Shown: positions 43,916 to 47,440 of the stretch, piece by piece
Position numbering within the stretch: the first letter of the stretch is position 1
Layout: each line of letters starts with the position of its first letter
Source of the DNA: Piedraia hortae CBS 480.64
Lineage: Eukaryota
Direction of reading: 5' to 3'
DNA: 47,440 bases
NCBI GenBank assembly: GCA_010093745.1
Contig: MU006037.1
Location: forward strand, 1-47,440
Made by a program: the position numbers and the translations under genes
Notes under the pieces: model-generated
Database searches by the model: none
What the model saw: only the letters and a program-made list of their open reading frames with translations
Told to the model about the DNA's origin: nothing

Positions 43916-45068
43916 ATGTCTTCCAAGACTCAACAGCGTGCTGTTGCCAAGACGTACGTCTTATGCCGCTGCCGGAGCTGAGATTGCGCATAGTCGGTCT
44001 GCTCCAGGGCACCGCCTCGGTCTCGGTCCTGCACGCTGTCAACTTTGGCTCGTCAGAATGCGAGGTCGTTGTAACCATAACCCCAGCGGAGAATGCATGA
44101 GTGCCAGACCACTGTGCCGCAGTTCTTCGCTCCGGCAGCAACATTTTCCCTGTTGCTGCCACTGACGCCTTTGTAGGACCGTTCCAACCAAGGACGACAT
44201 TCTTGTGCCGGAGACTCTTCTTAAGAAGCGCAAGAGCCAGGAGCGGGAGCGCGCTGAGAAGGCTGAACAGCGTGAAAAGAAGAAGAAGGTTGGTGCTTCC
44301 ATCCTACGCTGTCATGATTACAACACATACATCGACTAGCTGAGGCGATGATGTCGTTTTGTTAACCATCTTTCGGGAATGAACACTATCAATACCAAAG
44401 CGATCTGTGATGTGGGAGCATCCGCTAACTTGGAACAGGAGAATAAGGAGAAGCGTGCGCAAATCTTCAAGCGTGCCGAGTCGTACGTCAAGGAATACCG
44501 CGACGCCGAACGCGAGAAGATCCGCCTTGCACGTGTTGCCAAGGCTGAGGGGAGCTACTACGTCCCGGATGAACCCAAGCTCGTCTTCGTCGTGCGCATC
44601 AAGGGTATCAACAAGATTGACCCCAAAAAGCGCAAGACCCTCAAGCTCCTACGTCTATTGCAGATCAACAATGGAGTGTTTGTGCGCATGAACAAGGCCA
44701 TGTCTGAGATGCTTAAGATTGTGGAGCCATTTGTCGCCTACGGTTATCCCAACCTCAAGTCTGTCCGCGAGCTCATCTATAAACGCGGATACGCCAAGAC
44801 GGCCGAGCACCAGCGCATCCCACTTACTGACAACGCCATTATCGAGGAGCATCTTGGCAAGTTAGGCATTGTGTGCATGGAGGACCTCATTCATGAGATC
44901 TTCACCGTCGGGCCAAACTTCAAGCAAGCGTCGAACTTCCTGTGGCCGTTCAAGTTGAGCAACCCCACGGGTGGTTTCCGTCCTCGCAAGTTCAAGCACT
45001 TTGTTGAGGGTGGTGATCTGGGCAATCGCGAGGAGCACATCAATGCTCTGATTAGGCAGATGAACTAG
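43916..45068 (+). CDS. RPL7: 60S ribosomal protein L7 (uL30); exons 43916-43953, 44177-44288, 44439-45068
   Basis: [74 protein letters not shown] and [19 protein letters not shown]. Introns at 43954-44176 (223 nt) and 44289-44438 (150 nt). Confidence 0.97.
43963..44166 (+). promoter_or_regulatory. Structured RNA element filling RPL7 intron 1 (long stem versus alternative branch-point-proximal hairpin)
   Basis: GCTGCCGGAGC (43968-43978) is the exact reverse complement of GCTCCGGCAGC (44129-44139). A competing perfect 10-bp stem, GGCAGCAACA (44134-44143)/TGTTGCTGCC (44151-44160), abuts the branch point ACTGAC (44161-44166). Confidence 0.6.
44310..44386 (+). ncRNA. Intronic box C/D snoRNA, snR39B/SNORD2-like (LSU rRNA 2'-O-methylation guide)
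   Basis: ACCATCTTTCGGG (44365-44377) is complementary to the conserved LSU rRNA sequence CCCGAAAGAUGGU and is followed by a D-like ATGA (44379-44382). C-like ATGATTA at 44314-44320, with internal CTGA (44340-44343) and ATGATG (44348-44353). Yeast RPL7 introns are known snoRNA hosts. Confidence 0.7.
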
Positions 45069-45825
45069 AATCGTATCGGCTGTCTCAGCCGTCTGTCCCA
45101 AATCTCATGTCAGACGACATCATCGGGTGCTCATGTGATATGAAATTTCATCACTTGAGACCGTGCACATGATTTATGTAGAATTATGCGTGCATTGGGA
45201 AAAGTCTTGCCCTAATCATACATAGCCACCTATCTGGTGCTCAAGGCTACTCCCAAGGATTCCACCATGAGGTGGGTCCCTCACAGCCTTCAATTCTGTT
45301 GCATGCTCGATTTCGTGAAGGGCCACTTGATAGGTAGAAATTCGGCTTGACCGAAAGGTGCCACAATGGATAAAGTGTGTGCCAATGACTACGGCGAATC
45401 GCCGTAGTCATTGGCACACCCCTTCCTACAAGCAGGCGCATTTTCCGTCTGCCAAGCCAAACTACGGGAGCGATTCCGAGACATACCTGGCGACCGACTT
45501 GCCCATTTTTGAGCCCAGTGCAATCGCAACCTGACTGGCTCGTGGGAATTTGATGAAATTTAGCAGAGAATTTCGGGCTTAAAACGGCCTTTCTTCAGAC
45601 TGACCATTGGACTTCTCAGGCAAAGGATTTCACATCATAGGGGAGATGTTTCCTCGCACGCGAGGCAGGTGCGGGGGGGGACGCGGCACACACCACACAG
45701 GCTACTCGCGACCAGCGCTGGAGAGGTTTGACATCCAATTCCGGTCAGATTAGGGTTATGCAGTTTGGCTGCAGGGTCCAAGGGTTGGACCCGGCAGCCG
45801 CGAAATACCCAAAATCCGATTTCTG

Positions 45826-46578
45826 ATGGAACTCCCCTATGCCTGCTTCTTGCCTCAGTGTAAGAGTATCCGCGGCTATGTACCCGGCGAATATCACCCG
45901 TGCGTCTCGGGGAGATCCTACATAATAGCCGTTACAGGATCTTGCACAAGCTAGGTTATGGATGGAACGCAAGCATCTGGGCAGCGAGAGATAAACAGAA
46001 AGGCACCGCAGTCTTATCTTTTGGATCCAGTAAGCTTATTGGTTTGCAAAGAGCAAAGATATGTAGTGATCAAGACCTGCAGAGCTAATGCTCGGCCGAA
46101 CCGCGAGGCAGACATCCTGAAGACTAGCAGCAAGTCGGATTAACCATCCTGGCATGGCCTACATGCCCATCCTGCTTGATGAGTTCGAGTTTGTACGGCC
46201 AAATGGAACACATAATTGCCTCGTAACGGATGTTCAAGGCGCTTCTTGTACCCCCGCAATATCTTCTGGAACGTACACGACATCAACAACCTTGCAGAAG
46301 AGGAATTCCTGCGGCTCTTTGGCTCCGCGTCGATCGCATACATGTGGAGCATGGTCAAGCTCCCTCTGACAGAAAACGCACCTCCATACCTCGCGGTGCG
46401 TGACTATTTTCCCGAGGAAATCCTGAATGTGGACAGCATCATTCTCATGGGTTTCGGGCATGCGTTCTATCGGGGGGTTCCGCCGAACAAGTTCACAATT
46501 CCGATTAATTACTGTGCCCAGAGGTTATCTTCCACGACAAATGCAATTTCTTTACCCATCCAATTAAGTTCCATCTGA
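45826..46578 (+). pseudogene. SRPK-like (CMGC) protein kinase pseudogene
   Basis: Fragments in three frames: RGYVPGEYHP / VRLGEILHNSRYRILHKLGYGWNASIWAARD / RYVVIK / LLDEFEFVRPNGTHNCLVTDVQG / LYPRNIF / IILMGFGHAF. There is a frameshift at ~45898, a stop at 46141-46143, the catalytic-loop region is largely deleted and DFG has become GFG. Confidence 0.85.
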
Positions 46579-47440
46579 ACTGCCGTCATCTCTACGAGTG
46601 AGGAGCAGAACGCGGCGGGAAGGGGCTATAAATCGTTCCCTTGTGGATTCACGAATGGTTGACAAGCGGAGCCATTAGGCCAATAAGAATCTGTGTACAA
46701 TATTAACGGGAATGAACGTAAATCACAGGCATAACAGTAGTCGACCGATTAACACGGGAACATTGGTAGATTTTCAAGCTAACGATACACGAAGAAAACC
46801 ACGGAGAATACCTACTGAAAGCCACTATGATGATGAGTTGTACTAAAGCCGCAGTTTCATAACCACGTGATGAAAACCCGAAAGCTGCTTCCACCAGCGA
46901 ATGTACCTACTGCATCTTGTCAAAATCATCGCCAAACAGCCTGTCTACGTAGACAAGCTGGCATAGGAACATGGAATGTGAGATTGCAGCCTCGACGAAT
47001 TCCAGCTGTGCAGTTGTGGACCTCGGCAATGCACTCAGCAGGCCTTGTTTTGAAATGTTTCCTCACAGTCTAGCTACATACGTATGGGCAGGTGTTGAAA
47101 TGCCAACGAAGCCGCTTCCTTTGGAGGAAAAGGATTAAGCTAGAATGATAGGCCAAAGACTTGCTCTTAGCTCCTATCAAAGCACATCAGGGCCGATACA
47201 AGGAGTTGGAAGGAGTTACGGTGCTCAGAGGAAAAGATTCAATAAGTCCCAACGAGGACAATCCAGACTCCTATCTACTGGGAAGCTGGGATACTATAAA
47301 CCAATCCAGAATCGCCGTTCATTCGTGCGTGGTAGCGATCGTAGCTATGAATAACTAGCAGGGCGCGTTGGTGTATTGTTGTGAATATGCGGTATATTAC
47401 GCGCATTATTAGTAACCGTCGCTCGGCTCTCGACTTCACG

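Noticed and set aside
46700..47440. Short ORFs at the window end (e.g. 47161-47358)
   Set aside because: They have no recognisable motifs or splice structure. They may be relic DNA but cannot be supported from sequence alone.

Overview
This is eukaryotic DNA from a compact filamentous ascomycete (Pezizomycotina-type genes, 46-59 nt introns, intergenic gaps as short as 4 bp). It is not prokaryotic, and I found no tRNA, rRNA or CRISPR array. Core genes are the head-to-head fatty acid synthase pair FAS2/FAS1, then a dense housekeeping block at 26-45 kb: DHA1-type MFS transporter, GCIP-like protein, ARP6, ARM/SmgGDS-like protein, DPM3, TRF4/5-like poly(A) polymerase, BUD22, profilin, RNPS1-like RRM protein, secreted 5'-nucleotidase-like phosphoesterase, a large disordered protein and RPL7. 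Accessory or decaying DNA lies at 1-3.3 kb, 15.9-25.9 kb and 45.1-47.4 kb. The most notable signals are: (1) a NACHT-WD40 fungal NLR whose 5' ~307 codons carry two in-frame TAGs while the downstream 1340 codons are intact; (2) a diverged ~450-bp repeat present as inverted copies on either side of the FAS pair, one copy split by a 1.48-kb segment that holds a 4-intron gene relic and is bounded by a 12/14 direct repeat; (3) RPL7 intron 1, with two mutually exclusive stems next to the branch point (candidate splicing switch), and intron 2, with an snR39B/SNORD2-like C/D snoRNA; (4) a 4-copy tandem array with a conserved 32-nt E-box-containing core downstream of FAS1. All family assignments come from motif recognition, not database searches.
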